Shown: piece by piece, positions 11,050-20,940 of the stretch
Layout of the letters: each line of letters begins with the position of its first letter
Position numbering within the stretch: position 1 is the first letter of the stretch
Assembly (NCBI GenBank): GCA_963772455.1
Contig: CAVYXJ010000010.1
Location: 1 to 64,000, forward strand
Source: Candidatus Bathyarchaeota archaeon
GTDB lineage: Archaea > Thermoproteota > Bathyarchaeia > Bathyarchaeales > Bathycorpusculaceae
Reading direction: 5' to 3'
Length of the DNA stretch: 64,000 nucleotides
Translations under genes and position numbers: made by a program
Notes under the pieces: model-generated
The model's database searches: none
What the model was told of the DNA's origin: nothing
Seen by the model: only the letters and a program-made list of their open reading frames with translations

Positions 11050-11289
11050 TTATTCGGCTATTTCATCTTGATCTTCAAGTTCAGATTCGGTTTCAGAGTT
11101 GGCTTGAGCTAATGCAAGAGTCCTTGTAATGTAACCTGCAGTTTGGTTTCTAACACGTGTCGTAGCGCCTTTTGTCAAAGCGTCAACTGATTTTTTGTTT
11201 TCATCAAAGCTAGTGTTGAATTTACTTGGAAAGCGAGCCATTAGTTCTTTGCCCAACTTTTTTATCTGATCAGTCTTTACTTTTCCCAG
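11050..11289 (-). CDS. rps17e: 30S ribosomal protein eS17, probable CTG start
   Basis: CTG-GKVKTDQIKKLGKELMARFP..FDENKK..VRNQTAGYIT; GGAGG lies 8 nt upstream of the CTG. Confidence 0.9.
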   Translation of the reverse strand: MGKVKTDQIKKLGKELMARFPSKFNTSFDENKKSVDALTKGATTRVRNQTAGYITRTLALAQANSETESELEDQDEIAE

Positions 11290-11451
11290 TTAGTATTCCT
11301 CCGATGTTAACGATTTTTAGTTTCTCCGACGTTCAAAAACGTAGGAGCAACTCTCAATAGATGAGTGGCTTAATTTAAGTTTACGCCTTAAAGCTGAGAA
11401 TAAAGTGACCAACAAGCAGCGAGATGAAGTTGAAAGAAAAAAGTTGACTTT

Positions 11452-12224
11452 TTAGTTTATTTTTATGTTGAAGAATACCTCAAAGTTCTTGATTATTTGT
11501 TGGGCAACCTCTTCAACCTGCATTTTCTTTATTTCGGCAACTGCCTCAACGACGTTGCGTATGTAGGAGGGTTTAGTTAATTGCCCGTTGAAGGGTTGTT
11601 TCCAATATGTTACTGGGCCATCGGTTTCTGTTAAATGTTTGTTATTGGGGTTTTGTCTACAACTTCACGTATGCCGGGGGAGTAAGTTGCTGGTGGACCT
11701 TCGGTTATGAAGTAGCCGTTGTCTAAGGCTTTGCTTAAGGCGCTCATAGGATGGCTAAACCAGTGTAGAAGCACGCGTTTGAGGCGGTATGATGGGAGCA
11801 TTTCAACGATTTTGTCTGTTGTTCCCCGTGAATGAATGATGACTGGTAACTCTAACTTTTCAGCTAGGCGCAGCATTTTGTCGAAAACCATGGTTTGTTT
11901 TTCCCAGATGGTTTCGTATTTGTAGTCTAAGCCGATTTCGCCGATTGCTTTAATGATGCCTTTTTGTTTTTGGATGAAGTCTATAGTTTCCTGAAGCTCC
12001 TTGTCTTCAATTACGTTTACGTTCCATGGGTGAATACCTAAAGCGGGGTAAACAAGATCAGGGTATTTTTCGGCTAGTTTAACGTCGTTTTGACAAGTTT
12101 TCAGATCCATCGAATTAGTAACTAAAGCGGTTACGCCCGCATTTTTTGCATCAGTTACTAGTTCATCGATGTGACCGACGTATTCTGCATCAGAGAGGTG
12201 AACATGTGCGTCTATTAGTTTCAT
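11452..12224 (-). CDS. tatD: TatD family nuclease (apparent frameshift ~11632)
   Basis: IDAHVH, GIHPW, GEIGLD, IIHSR, LHWF; shifted frame LTETDGP..P ends TAA at 11452. Confidence 0.9.
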
Positions 12225-12374
12225 TTTTGTTCAGCGCTATATTTCATGCTTGAAGGTTTTATAATTTTTCTTTGCAATAACTCAAATTAATGGTTAAGGG
12301 CTATTTAGGGAAAAAATCGATAACAAAGGTTAAATATTGCCTTAAAGAGAAAAAGAGACGAAAGAGATGTCGAT

Positions 12375-12596
12375 ATGACTGAATTAGAAATAGCCGTAGC
12401 CCCCATGCACAGATTATGCAAAAAAGCAGGCGCTGACAGAGTAAGCGAAGCAGCCGCAAAAGAACTCGCAAAGGCACTAGAAGAAATCGGCGTAAAAATC
12501 GCCAAAGAAGCACTCGATTTTGCGATGCATGCTGGAAGAAAAACCATCAAAGCGGAAGACATAGAAATCGCCGCTAGAAAAATCATGGGAAAATAA
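12375..12596 (+). CDS. Archaeal histone (HMf type)
   Basis: [26 protein letters not shown]. Confidence 0.95.
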   Translation: MTELEIAVAPMHRLCKKAGADRVSEAAAKELAKALEEIGVKIAKEALDFAMHAGRKTIKAEDIEIAARKIMGK

Positions 12597-12784
12597 GTTT
12601 ATAACTTAATCATTCTCCCTTTCTTCTTTTTTGTTTTACATCAATGGCATTGTTTTTTGAGCTTTGTTTTTGGTTTATTAGGAATTTTACGTGTTCAATC
12701 AATGTTTTTGTTTGATTGTTGTTTTGGTTGTGGATGCTTTTTTCATAGTTATATGCTATGCTCTATCGGGTGTCTTTCTGAGTT

Positions 12785-13537
12785 TTAGGTGGTTTCTGAG
12801 GAGTCCCAAAGGAATTGGAAGTATTCTCGTGCGAACCCGACTAAACCCACGTGGTTGCTCCAAATGACAAGAGTTGGTTTGTCTTCGCCTAGAAACAACA
12901 TGGCCTCTTTGCCGTCAGCGATTACGCCACCGCCAAACATGTGGTCACGCGTCCGCAGTTCGCTTAATCCAGGATATTTCTTTAAAAAAAGCCAATCTTC
13001 TTTTTTGCCAGCCGCCATTAGTTTCAACTTGACCGTTTTCTTCAAACCGCTACCCAATAACGGTTCAGCGAGTGTGATTACTGGTTTTGCGAATTCTGGT
13101 GCTGCAATTACAATCTCCAGAGATGCTTTTTTAAGGACTTCTTCAAGTTTTGCTAAGACGGCTTGTTGACCACGCAGAATCAGCATGTCAGGGCGTTCCA
13201 CGAGTTCTCGTTTTTCATACATGGGTTGTAGGCTTTCGGCAACTGTGTTTTCCCAATTCAAGTACTTATCTTCTAGTCGAAGTTTGGTGAATCGTGTGGC
13301 TTCAAGGGGCGGAACAGGGTAATATTTGAAGGGTCGGGTTTCGCTGCTTTTAATCCAGCCTTTTTCTTTGAGGGAGTTTAGAACTTCGTACATTTTGCTA
13401 TAGGGCACTGTTGCCTGTTGGCTAATCTCCATAGCAGTCATTTGCCCACCTTCCAGCAGCACTATGTAAGCGTCGATTTCGTATGCGTTCAAGCCCATTT
13501 CACGAAGTGCAACTCGAGTGTTTTCGTTTATTGACAT
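12785..13537 (-). CDS. TrmB family transcriptional regulator
   Basis: LREMGLNAYE..AY..L, VPYSKMYEVLNSLKEKGWI, RPFKYYPVPP, GVIADGKEA. Confidence 0.9.
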   Translation of the reverse strand: MSINENTRVALREMGLNAYEIDAYIVLLEGGQMTAMEISQQATVPYSKMYEVLNSLKEKGWIKSSETRPFKYYPVPPLEATRFTKLRLEDKYLNWENTVAESLQPMYEKRELVERPDMLILRGQQAVLAKLEEVLKKASLEIVIAAPEFAKPVITLAEPLLGSGLKKTVKLKLMAAGKKEDWLFLKKYPGLSELRTRDHMFGGGVIADGKEAMLFLGEDKPTLVIWSNHVGLVGFAREYFQFLWDSSETT

Positions 13538-13641
13538 GTTCTCCCCTCACTCACCTTAGGAAACGTCTGGAAACCTTATTATCATTACTTCTGCACTTAA
13601 GCACTTCGAAAATAACGCTTAGATCCAAGAAGGCAAGTGTA

Positions 13642-15133
13642 ATGAAAGATATCAAACCTACTAGAAGCATCTGTCCTGAATGCCTAACGGCAATAGACGC
13701 AACCATCTACGAAGATGATGGAAAAGTTTTCATGAAAAAATCGTGCCCTGAACATGGGGCTTTCAATGAACTTTACTGGTCAGATTACGACCAATATGTT
13801 CGTGCAGAAAAATTCCGCTTTGAGGGCGAAGGAATGGAAAATCCCCGAACCGAAAAGAAAAACGGTTGCCCAAACGACTGCGGAATCTGCCCCGAACACA
13901 AGTCCCATACAGCGTTGGCAATTATTGACGTTACTAATAGATGCAATCTAACATGCCCTGTTTGCTTTGCTAACGCTGCTGCTGCAGGCTATGTTTATGA
14001 GCCTACTAAAGAGCAAATCGTTGGAATGCTCGAGAACTTACGAGCTAACAAACCCGTAGCAGCTACTGCACTTCAGTTCTCGGGTGGTGAACCAACAATT
14101 CGCAAGGATCTCATTGATTTTATTCGAAAGGCAAAAGAATTGGGTTTTCAACATGTTGAAATCAACACGAATGGCCTTCGAATCAGCAAAGATGTCGAAT
14201 ATGCAAAGCAGCTTAAAGCTGCAGGTGTCAGCACTATTTACCTGCAATTCGACGGATTAACTCCTGATGTTTACAAATTTATCCGCGGCATAGATCTACT
14301 TGATATCAAGATGAAAGCTATCCAGAATCTGCGTGAAGCAGGTTTCGAAAGCATCGTTCTCGTGGTCACATTGGTTAAAGGCGTCAACGACAATCAACTT
14401 GGAGACATCGTAAAATTTGCATTAGCTAATTTCGATGTTATCCGATGCATCAATGTACAACCCGTTTCGCTTTGCGGACGTTTACCTGCGCAAGAAAGAG
14501 AAAAAATGCGTATCACTATCCCTGACTTCATGCGTTTGGTGGAGGAACAGACAAATGGTATGGTTAAAGCTTCAGACTTCTACCCTGTCCCAACAGTTGC
14601 ACCGATCGCCAAAGCTGTCGGAGCCCTCAAAGACAAAAGGTACCTAGAATTCACAGCACATCCCCACTGCGGCATGGCAACATATCTGTTCACGGAAAAC
14701 GGCAAAACCACCCCTATATCACGCATAGCCAATGTGGAAAAATTCAATGCTGCTATGAAAAAAGTTTACGAAGAAGCAGCACAAAGGCAACAAAACCCGC
14801 GCTAAACTCCGCTTAGTAGGAACATCCCGATACATGAAGTTCAATTTCCTACGCAAATATGTGTTGCGCGTATTAACTGAAGGCACCTATGAAAGTTTAG
14901 GTGACCTGCAACGCAAATCGCTTTTGCTTACTTCAATGCACTTCATGGATCCCTACAATTTTGACTTAGAGCGAGTACAGCGTTGCTTAATTCACTATGC
15001 TGTTCCAGACGGACGAATTATACCCTTCTGCACGATGAACTCCATCCACCGAGCTGAAGTGGAAAAGAAACTTGGAGTTCCACTCAAAGATTGGAAAGCG
15101 CAACATAAGGTTGAAATAAGCCAACCACAATAA
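13642..15133 (+). CDS. tes: Tetraether lipid synthase (Tes/GDGT-MAS) radical SAM enzyme (apparent frameshift ~14785)
   Basis: N-terminal CPEC..CPEHG, CPNDCGICPEH, RCNLTCPVC, FSGGEPT, YLQFDG, HPHCG, MHFMDPYNFDLERVQRCLIHY..DGRIIPFC. Confidence 0.85.
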
Positions 15134-15165
15134 AAATGCAGACAAAAGAATTAAAGTGAAAAGTT

Positions 15166-15495
15166 ATGGGTGGAAAAAAGAAGCTCGGCATAAAGCAGAT
15201 GGAGAAGCAGCAGGTCAAAACTGACGAAGACAAAGCGAAAGAAGCAAAGAAGAAAGAGAAAGCTGGACCGCCAAAAGAACGAAAGACAGTTGGTATAATG
15301 GTTCCAGATGCGAAAGACGGCAAAAACATCAGCGAAATTAAAAAGATGGGTGTCTTGACTCCGTACGCAGTTGCTACACGCTATGGCATACGCATAAGCG
15401 CAGCCAAAGAGTTCCTTGAACAACTCGAAGCAAATGGTACAGTACAACTTGTATCCGGCAGCCACAATATCAAAATCTACAAGCCTGCAGCCTAG
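15166..15495 (+). CDS. rps25e: 30S ribosomal protein eS25
   Basis: MGGKKK, LTPYAVATRYGIRISAAK..L..L, IKIY. Confidence 0.9.
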   Translation: MGGKKKLGIKQMEKQQVKTDEDKAKEAKKKEKAGPPKERKTVGIMVPDAKDGKNISEIKKMGVLTPYAVATRYGIRISAAKEFLEQLEANGTVQLVSGSHNIKIYKPAA

Positions 15496-15552
15496 CTGCA
15501 TAAATAATCTTTTATTTTAAATTAATTTTGCCTAATTTTGGAGTTTTGTTTT

Positions 15553-16032
15553 ATGAGTTTTCCAGATAGAGTTTATACTACAGATGAAGTAGAAAGCGCT
15601 AAAGCTTTGGTTAACACAGGTTACAAACATAACTTAGTTATTGAAGGATCAACTGAGTTTTCGAAAAATGTAAACGAAGCCATTGAATTGATAAAAACCG
15701 CAGGTTACTTTGACTTCTTGAGAACCTATGTTAGGAAAATTATGGAAATCGATGGAATATCTCAACTACGGGAAACTGAAGTTGCAATCTGGGCAAGCAA
15801 ATTTGCTGTGGAAAATCCAGTTGATGCAGCCAGCCTATTTGTCCAAAAAGCATACCACATGAAAGAGTACTTAGAGGGAGAGCTCTACTATGGTGGCAAC
15901 GCAGAAAAGCGTTCAGTTGCAAAACGCGTTGAGTTCTTGCAGAGTCTTAAAGAAAAAACTAGCGATAAAGTTGTAAAAGAAGAGTGTGAGCGTCTACTGG
16001 AAATGTGGGAAGACAGCTCACTTGCGTTCTAA
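15553..16032 (+). CDS. Hypothetical protein
   Basis: Intact ~160-aa ORF with natural composition. Confidence 0.6.
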   Translation: MSFPDRVYTTDEVESAKALVNTGYKHNLVIEGSTEFSKNVNEAIELIKTAGYFDFLRTYVRKIMEIDGISQLRETEVAIWASKFAVENPVDAASLFVQKAYHMKEYLEGELYYGGNAEKRSVAKRVEFLQSLKEKTSDKVVKEECERLLEMWEDSSLAF

Positions 16033-16424
16033 GCTGTTATTAATTGAACTTTTATTGTTAATCCGCTTTTGACTTGTTTAAAAATTTCAAGATTATTAGT
16101 TATTTTTCCTAATATACTTACTGGGCTATATGGTTGAGATTTGCCGAAGAATACGCATAAGGCACCATCCATAGGCCAGAAGGCGATTGTGCCTTCTTCC
16201 ACGGTTGATTTGGCTTTTTCTTCGCCCATTTTGATGGGGATTTCAAAGTAGACTTCTTCTTTGTATAATGCAGCTCTTCCTTCAATTGGGAGTTTACGCA
16301 CTATAGTATCAATTGTTCTTGGGGCAAGAAACCTAACCAACTCACCCTCAGCTTCACCTAAGCCTTCTATGAGAAACTTAATTTTTATATGTGAAACGTC
16401 AGCTTCGATACTCAAACTGCTCAT
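16029..16424 (-). CDS. Cyclophilin-like fold protein
   Basis: APRT..LPIEG..EEVYFEIP..GTIAFWP..ALCVFFG. Confidence 0.75.
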   Translation of the reverse strand: MSSLSIEADVSHIKIKFLIEGLGEAEGELVRFLAPRTIDTIVRKLPIEGRAALYKEEVYFEIPIKMGEEKAKSTVEEGTIAFWPMDGALCVFFGKSQPYSPVSILGKITNNLEIFKQVKSGLTIKVQLITA

Positions 16425-16520
16425 ACCCCTTAAAGAAAACCTAATAATTTCTGTAAATCAGAAAGTATAGTATGTGAAGTGTAATTTAACTCTTTTACTT
16501 ATTACAACGAGCTAAATTGT

Positions 16521-17624
16521 CTACATTAGACTTAGAACTGTTTCCCCAATGAATTGAACCTGTTCTTCGGTGACTCCTGGATGAATTGGTAAAGAGAACA
16601 CTTGTTTTGACGCTTTCTCGGTTTCAGGAAGTTTGGCACTTCCAAAGTTTTCTCGGTAAAACGGCATCTGATGCACTGGATTAATGTAGTAAACTTCAGC
16701 ACCTATCCCTTTTTTCTTTAGTGCTTCAACAAGATTGTTACGTTCCTCTTCGGTACCGTCCTTTAGTTTTACAGTAAAGAGATACCAACTGTGCAATCTC
16801 TCTTTTGATTCATATGGCAAGACAAGTTTGCTGTTTTTTAAGAGGATTTTTGTTAGTTGCAATGCGTTCTGGCGGCGCTTAACTATAAAAGAGGGCAACT
16901 TTTTCAGTTGCACATTTCCTATGGCGGCTTGTATTTCTGACATGCGGTAGTTTGTTCCGAGCATAAGGGAGGAGTACTTGGCTTTTTCTCCATGTGTTCG
17001 AATCATACGCAAAGTTTCGGCTATTTGATCGTTGTTGGTGGTTACGACTCCGCCTTCGCCAGTGGTGATGTTTTTGCTTGCGTAAAGACTCCAGCAAGCG
17101 GCAAGGGGAAAAGCCCCCGCAGGTTTTCCCTCGTATGTTGTTCCATGGGCTTGAGCGGCATCCTCAACTATCGCTAAGTTGTGTTTTGCAGCTATTTCGC
17201 CGAGGGGTTTCATATCAGCTGAAAAACCATAAAGGTCCACGGGCATTACAGCTTTAGTTTTTTTAGTTATTGCCTTTTCAACTGCTGATGGAGAAAGATT
17301 GTAAGTTTTTGGGTCGATGTCGGCGAAAACTGGTTTTGCACCTGCCAAAACTACTGATTCGGCGGTGGCTACAAAAGTGAAACTGGGCAAAATGACTTCA
17401 TCACCTTGCTTAACGCCAACCGCTAATACTGCAGAGTGCAAAGCTGCGGTGCCAGTATTAACGGCAACGGCATGTTTAGCGCAAGCGAAATCTGCAAAAC
17501 TTTTTTCAAACTCCGTTACCTGGGGACCAGCTCCGAGTCCGCTTGTTAGCATGCCACTTCTTAGGACTTTAACTACTGCTTCAATTTCTTCTTCGCCGAT
17601 TATTGGCAAGTTAATGGGAATCAA
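16521..17624 (-). CDS. DegT/DnrJ/EryC1/StrS sugar aminotransferase
   Basis: VNTGTAALH, FTFVATA, EDAAQAHG, SLYASKNITTGEGG, NYRMSEIQAA, SLPIHP. Confidence 0.95.
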   Translation of the reverse strand: MIPINLPIIGEEEIEAVVKVLRSGMLTSGLGAGPQVTEFEKSFADFACAKHAVAVNTGTAALHSAVLAVGVKQGDEVILPSFTFVATAESVVLAGAKPVFADIDPKTYNLSPSAVEKAITKKTKAVMPVDLYGFSADMKPLGEIAAKHNLAIVEDAAQAHGTTYEGKPAGAFPLAACWSLYASKNITTGEGGVVTTNNDQIAETLRMIRTHGEKAKYSSLMLGTNYRMSEIQAAIGNVQLKKLPSFIVKRRQNALQLTKILLKNSKLVLPYESKERLHSWYLFTVKLKDGTEEERNNLVEALKKKGIGAEVYYINPVHQMPFYRENFGSAKLPETEKASKQVFSLPIHPGVTEEQVQFIGETVLSLM

Positions 17625-17722
17625 CTTTTTCAGCCTCACTTTTGTTAGATACAGGTAGACTTTCGGGTATATTTCAGTTACCAAGAAAATATTCTGAGAG
17701 AAAAGAGTAAATTAATAGCTAA

Positions 17723-18856
17723 TTATTCAATTTTTATTTTTTTAACGGTTTTGTAATCTACTACAACTCTAGTACCATGATTCCTAAATTGCCCGTCCAA
17801 TTCAGGGTCGCCAGTGTCAACTCTTAAACTCTCCAATCGATCCAACTTACTCTTAGTCGCAACCACAATAATGTTGTCTAAGCCTACTTGACGGATAACT
17901 TTTGAACTAATCTGCTGGTTACCTCGGCCAAAAATGAAGCCTTGACCCCCAATTGGAGTAACAATTATCCACGTAGATTTCCCATTTATTGTTTGCAAGA
18001 TCTGTTTTTCGCTCACATCTTTTGCGGTTATTTTTTTGTTTTGGAAGAGGTCTACACCTAATAGGGTTTTTTTCTGGTCTAAGAGGTCGCTTATTGTGCG
18101 AGTTGTTGTTCCTGGACCAACAATGTAGATGATGTCGGGTTTCATTTCTTCGATTATGTAGATAGCTATGGCTGCTTGATTTTCTACTTCGCTCTCAGTC
18201 ATGGGGCTCTCCATTTTGTTGCCCTGAATCAGGTGTGGTTCATAGGGGCTCAGCAGGTACCCATAAAGCTCCGCCGACAAATGCCCCTGCCTAAACGCTT
18301 GCTCATCAACATCCATGACTTCTGCTTCCCTAAGGGGAAGCCCACGCCACAAGTAAGTGATAACAACTCTTGCTGCGGCTTGAGGACTAACAGCGAATAA
18401 GGCACTGTGCATCTTGACCCCTGTGGGAACGCCTAAAACTGGAGCTTTAAGACCGATGGCTTTGAGGATGTCACTTGTTGTTCCGTCTCCACCGCAGAAA
18501 ACCAACAAATCAACACCCGCTTCCACAATGGCCTTGGCAACGGTTTGGGTATCTTCGGAAGTGGTTTCTTTCTTGGTTTCACCAATTACTTTGCATTTAA
18601 AACCGAGTTTTTCTGCTTGAACCTCGCCCATTTCACCTGCGCCCACAAATAGTTTTACTTGCTCTTTAGCTGGGCTCAACTGTGTGAGGAAGGTTTCTGC
18701 TCTCAGCGTTGCTATGGGTTTAGCGCCCAACGCTATGGCTTTAGACAGAATCGCTTTGCCGTCTGTGCCTTTGAGTCCGACGGCGCCTCCCATACCTGCA
18801 ACTGGGTTAACTATGAAGCCTATGGTTTTCATTGGAGGAGTTTTAAGAGTTGTCAA
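17723..18856 (-). CDS. ATP-NAD kinase family protein
   Basis: VNPVAGMGG..LKGTDG, GGDGT, GVKMHS, GFIFGRGNQQ. Confidence 0.85.
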   Translation of the reverse strand: MTTLKTPPMKTIGFIVNPVAGMGGAVGLKGTDGKAILSKAIALGAKPIATLRAETFLTQLSPAKEQVKLFVGAGEMGEVQAEKLGFKCKVIGETKKETTSEDTQTVAKAIVEAGVDLLVFCGGDGTTSDILKAIGLKAPVLGVPTGVKMHSALFAVSPQAAARVVITYLWRGLPLREAEVMDVDEQAFRQGHLSAELYGYLLSPYEPHLIQGNKMESPMTESEVENQAAIAIYIIEEMKPDIIYIVGPGTTTRTISDLLDQKKTLLGVDLFQNKKITAKDVSEKQILQTINGKSTWIIVTPIGGQGFIFGRGNQQISSKVIRQVGLDNIIVVATKSKLDRLESLRVDTGDPELDGQFRNHGTRVVVDYKTVKKIKIE

Positions 18857-18985
18857 GGGAGGTACCTAAAGAGTATTAGGTTAATAGAAAAGAAAAACCT
18901 GTCTATCTAATTGTTTGTGTACTTTGTAACAAATACTTTGTGGAAAGATTGATAAAAAAAAGAAAAAAGGTTTAGGGTTTTTTGT

Positions 18986-19543
18986 TTATCTCTCACGACT
19001 CAACCACCAGATGACCCCGATGATTGCAGGAATCGCAAAGATGACTGCTAGCCATATCAGTATTGAAACCATTGAACCAACGACGTAATCCAGCGAAAAG
19101 CTTGCGATGGCAGTATTCCAGTTTCCGTCCATGTAGACTTTTAGAGCGAAAGCAATGAACAGCAATGGTGACGCTGCACCTCTTGCACTTGAACCTCGCG
19201 ACTTTTTGCCGCCGAGATGATATTGCCTTTTTTCTTCTTCAGGTAGTTTTCTCCACCATACCCAACCTACCACTGCGCCTATAGTTGCGGGGATACCGAT
19301 AAGCACAAGTTCCCAGAAGATCGCATGAAGTATGAACATTACTACATTATTCATTGACCATAGATTCAGCGTTGACGGGACTAGACCTGTTGTTTGGGCA
19401 GTTCCTGTGAACCAGACGAAGACGTAGACGGCGCCAGCAACAGCCAATATAGCGGCTGCTACAAAAGCGGCGAATATGCCCCAGTGTTTTCTTATGAATC
19501 TCTGCCAGACTGAACCGGTTTGAATTTCATTTTTCTCAGTCAT
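18986..19543 (-). CDS. Hypothetical membrane protein (~4 TM)
   Basis: Four hydrophobic segments; 14 nt downstream of the DUF996 gene. Confidence 0.7.
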   Translation of the reverse strand: MTEKNEIQTGSVWQRFIRKHWGIFAAFVAAAILAVAGAVYVFVWFTGTAQTTGLVPSTLNLWSMNNVVMFILHAIFWELVLIGIPATIGAVVGWVWWRKLPEEEKRQYHLGGKKSRGSSARGAASPLLFIAFALKVYMDGNWNTAIASFSLDYVVGSMVSILIWLAVIFAIPAIIGVIWWLSRER

Positions 19544-19557
19544 TAAATTCTCTCCCC

Positions 19558-20214
19558 TTATGCGTGGGGTTGATTGCTGTAGCTTTGGTTGATTGTCTGG
19601 CTTTGTCCTTGTTGTGTTGTGGGCGGTGCAGTGTACCCGTTGTATTGTGGAGGGTATTGTTGATATTGGCGTGATTTCATGCTAAAGAAGCCTATAACGA
19701 CGAATATCCAAGCGATGAATATCAGTATCAAGCCAACGCCAATGATTGTCAATAAGGAACCAATCCAAAGAAAAGTGCCTGCTGTGTTAAACGATGTTTC
19801 TCCTGACTTTTCGGCAAGTATGCTGAAGGTTCTTTTTAGGTGAGTTGATGCAAGCACAAAGAACACGAATGCAGTGATAAGACCAACAAGGAATGCAATT
19901 AAGCTGACTGCAAAGCCTGCAGTGAACACGAAGCTACCTGTGAATAATGCTGTTGCAGAAGCAGCGCCAACCACTATGGATGTAACCGCAACGGCTGCCG
20001 CTACGATTGCGACTACGTAGTATTTAACGCCTGTGAGCGAGTTCTGGTAGATTGTTTCGTCTTGATAGTAGTATGACAGTTCTTTCATGCCTTTGAGAAG
20101 GAGAACTATCCCCACTATACCTAATACCCAACCAACATATGGGACCAAACTGAGCAAAAGCAGTATTGAGCCTTCGCCAGCCAATGTTTTTGCATATTCG
20201 AAATTAACATTCAT
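19558..20214 (-). CDS. DUF996 family membrane protein
   Basis: AKTLAGEGSIL, GMKELS..Y.DETIY, F.TAG..WIG.LL.II.VG.IL..IAWI..GFFSM. Confidence 0.85.
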   Translation of the reverse strand: MNVNFEYAKTLAGEGSILLLLSLVPYVGWVLGIVGIVLLLKGMKELSYYYQDETIYQNSLTGVKYYVVAIVAAAVAVTSIVVGAASATALFTGSFVFTAGFAVSLIAFLVGLITAFVFFVLASTHLKRTFSILAEKSGETSFNTAGTFLWIGSLLTIIGVGLILIFIAWIFVVIGFFSMKSRQYQQYPPQYNGYTAPPTTQQGQSQTINQSYSNQPHA

Positions 20215-20272
20215 ATTTTTTTCTCCTTGATTTTTTTATTCCTGAAATCACAAATGTCGTGTGGCGGATATA

Positions 20273-20331
20273 GCCCTAACATTTGGAGTTGCGGGACTAA
20301 CAGTTAGAGAGGGTACTCTAAGGGTTAGAGT
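20273..20331. promoter_or_regulatory. Three tandem 17-bp palindromic candidate operators, 21-bp period
   Basis: GCCCTAA-CAT-TTGGAGT (20273), GGACTAA-CAG-TTAGAGA (20294), ACTCTAA-GGG-TTAGAGT (20315, perfect). Confidence 0.7.
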
Positions 20332-20411
20332 TGTAAGCAAAAAACAAGTCTGAGCCAAAAATTTGAATAAGAGTGTTAGACATACAGCTTTGCAATTTAT
20401 TGAGGGTAGGT

Positions 20412-20894
20412 TTGGCGTTGGCGAAACCACGTGGGATAAATGCGGACATTCAATCACCAAGAACTAGGCTACTTTATCTCATTTATTCAGCTCCCAACAG
20501 TCGAATAAGAGCATCGCCGGGCACAAAATCAAGCATAAGCTCGGCGTTAGGTTACAAGTCTGACGGTCACTTCCATTACGATTGGAATTACTTAACCAAC
20601 GCAGGGATGATACAAGAGAAAGAAGGCTATTACGTAGTAACGGATACAGGCAAAAAAGAGTTCGCACTGTACTCAACCGCTTCTATGAGCAACTGGATAA
20701 TGGTTATTATGGGAGTTGCCATGGTTGTTTTCACTGTTGGACTTAGCTTTGAATTGTTGCCAAAGGAAAGCGTAGCATTTTTCGGGGGAGCGTTGATTCT
20801 GGTGGGGTCTTTATTCTTGCTTATTGGTCGCAAAAGCAAGCCTAAACTGTCAGCTAACACTAAGGCTATGCTCAAAGAATTAAACAGACACTAA
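20412..20894 (+). CDS. Predicted winged-HTH protein with two C-terminal TM helices
   Basis: RLLYLIY..KSSISSALGY..HFHYDWNYLTNAGMI..YYVVTDTGK wHTH-like pattern, then two hydrophobic helices; GAGGG precedes TTG 20412/20418. Confidence 0.6.
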   Translation: MALAKPRGINADIQSPRTRLLYLIYSAPNSRIRASPGTKSSISSALGYKSDGHFHYDWNYLTNAGMIQEKEGYYVVTDTGKKEFALYSTASMSNWIMVIMGVAMVVFTVGLSFELLPKESVAFFGGALILVGSLFLLIGRKSKPKLSANTKAMLKELNRH

Positions 20895-20940
20895 CGGAAG
20901 AATTAAAAAAAGATAAGAAATAGAAAGTTGGTTGCGAAGT

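Noticed and set aside
12597-12784. T-rich stretch after the histone gene
   Set aside because: Low complexity, consistent with terminators between convergent genes; no periodic repeat.
15553-16032. Zincin metalloprotease call for the hypothetical ORF
   Set aside because: The candidate motif reads QKAYH, not HExxH; insufficient support.
20273-20331. Mini-CRISPR or replication-origin (ORB) repeats
   Set aside because: Spacers are only 4 nt, there are no cas or cdc6 genes nearby, and there is no match to the ORB consensus.
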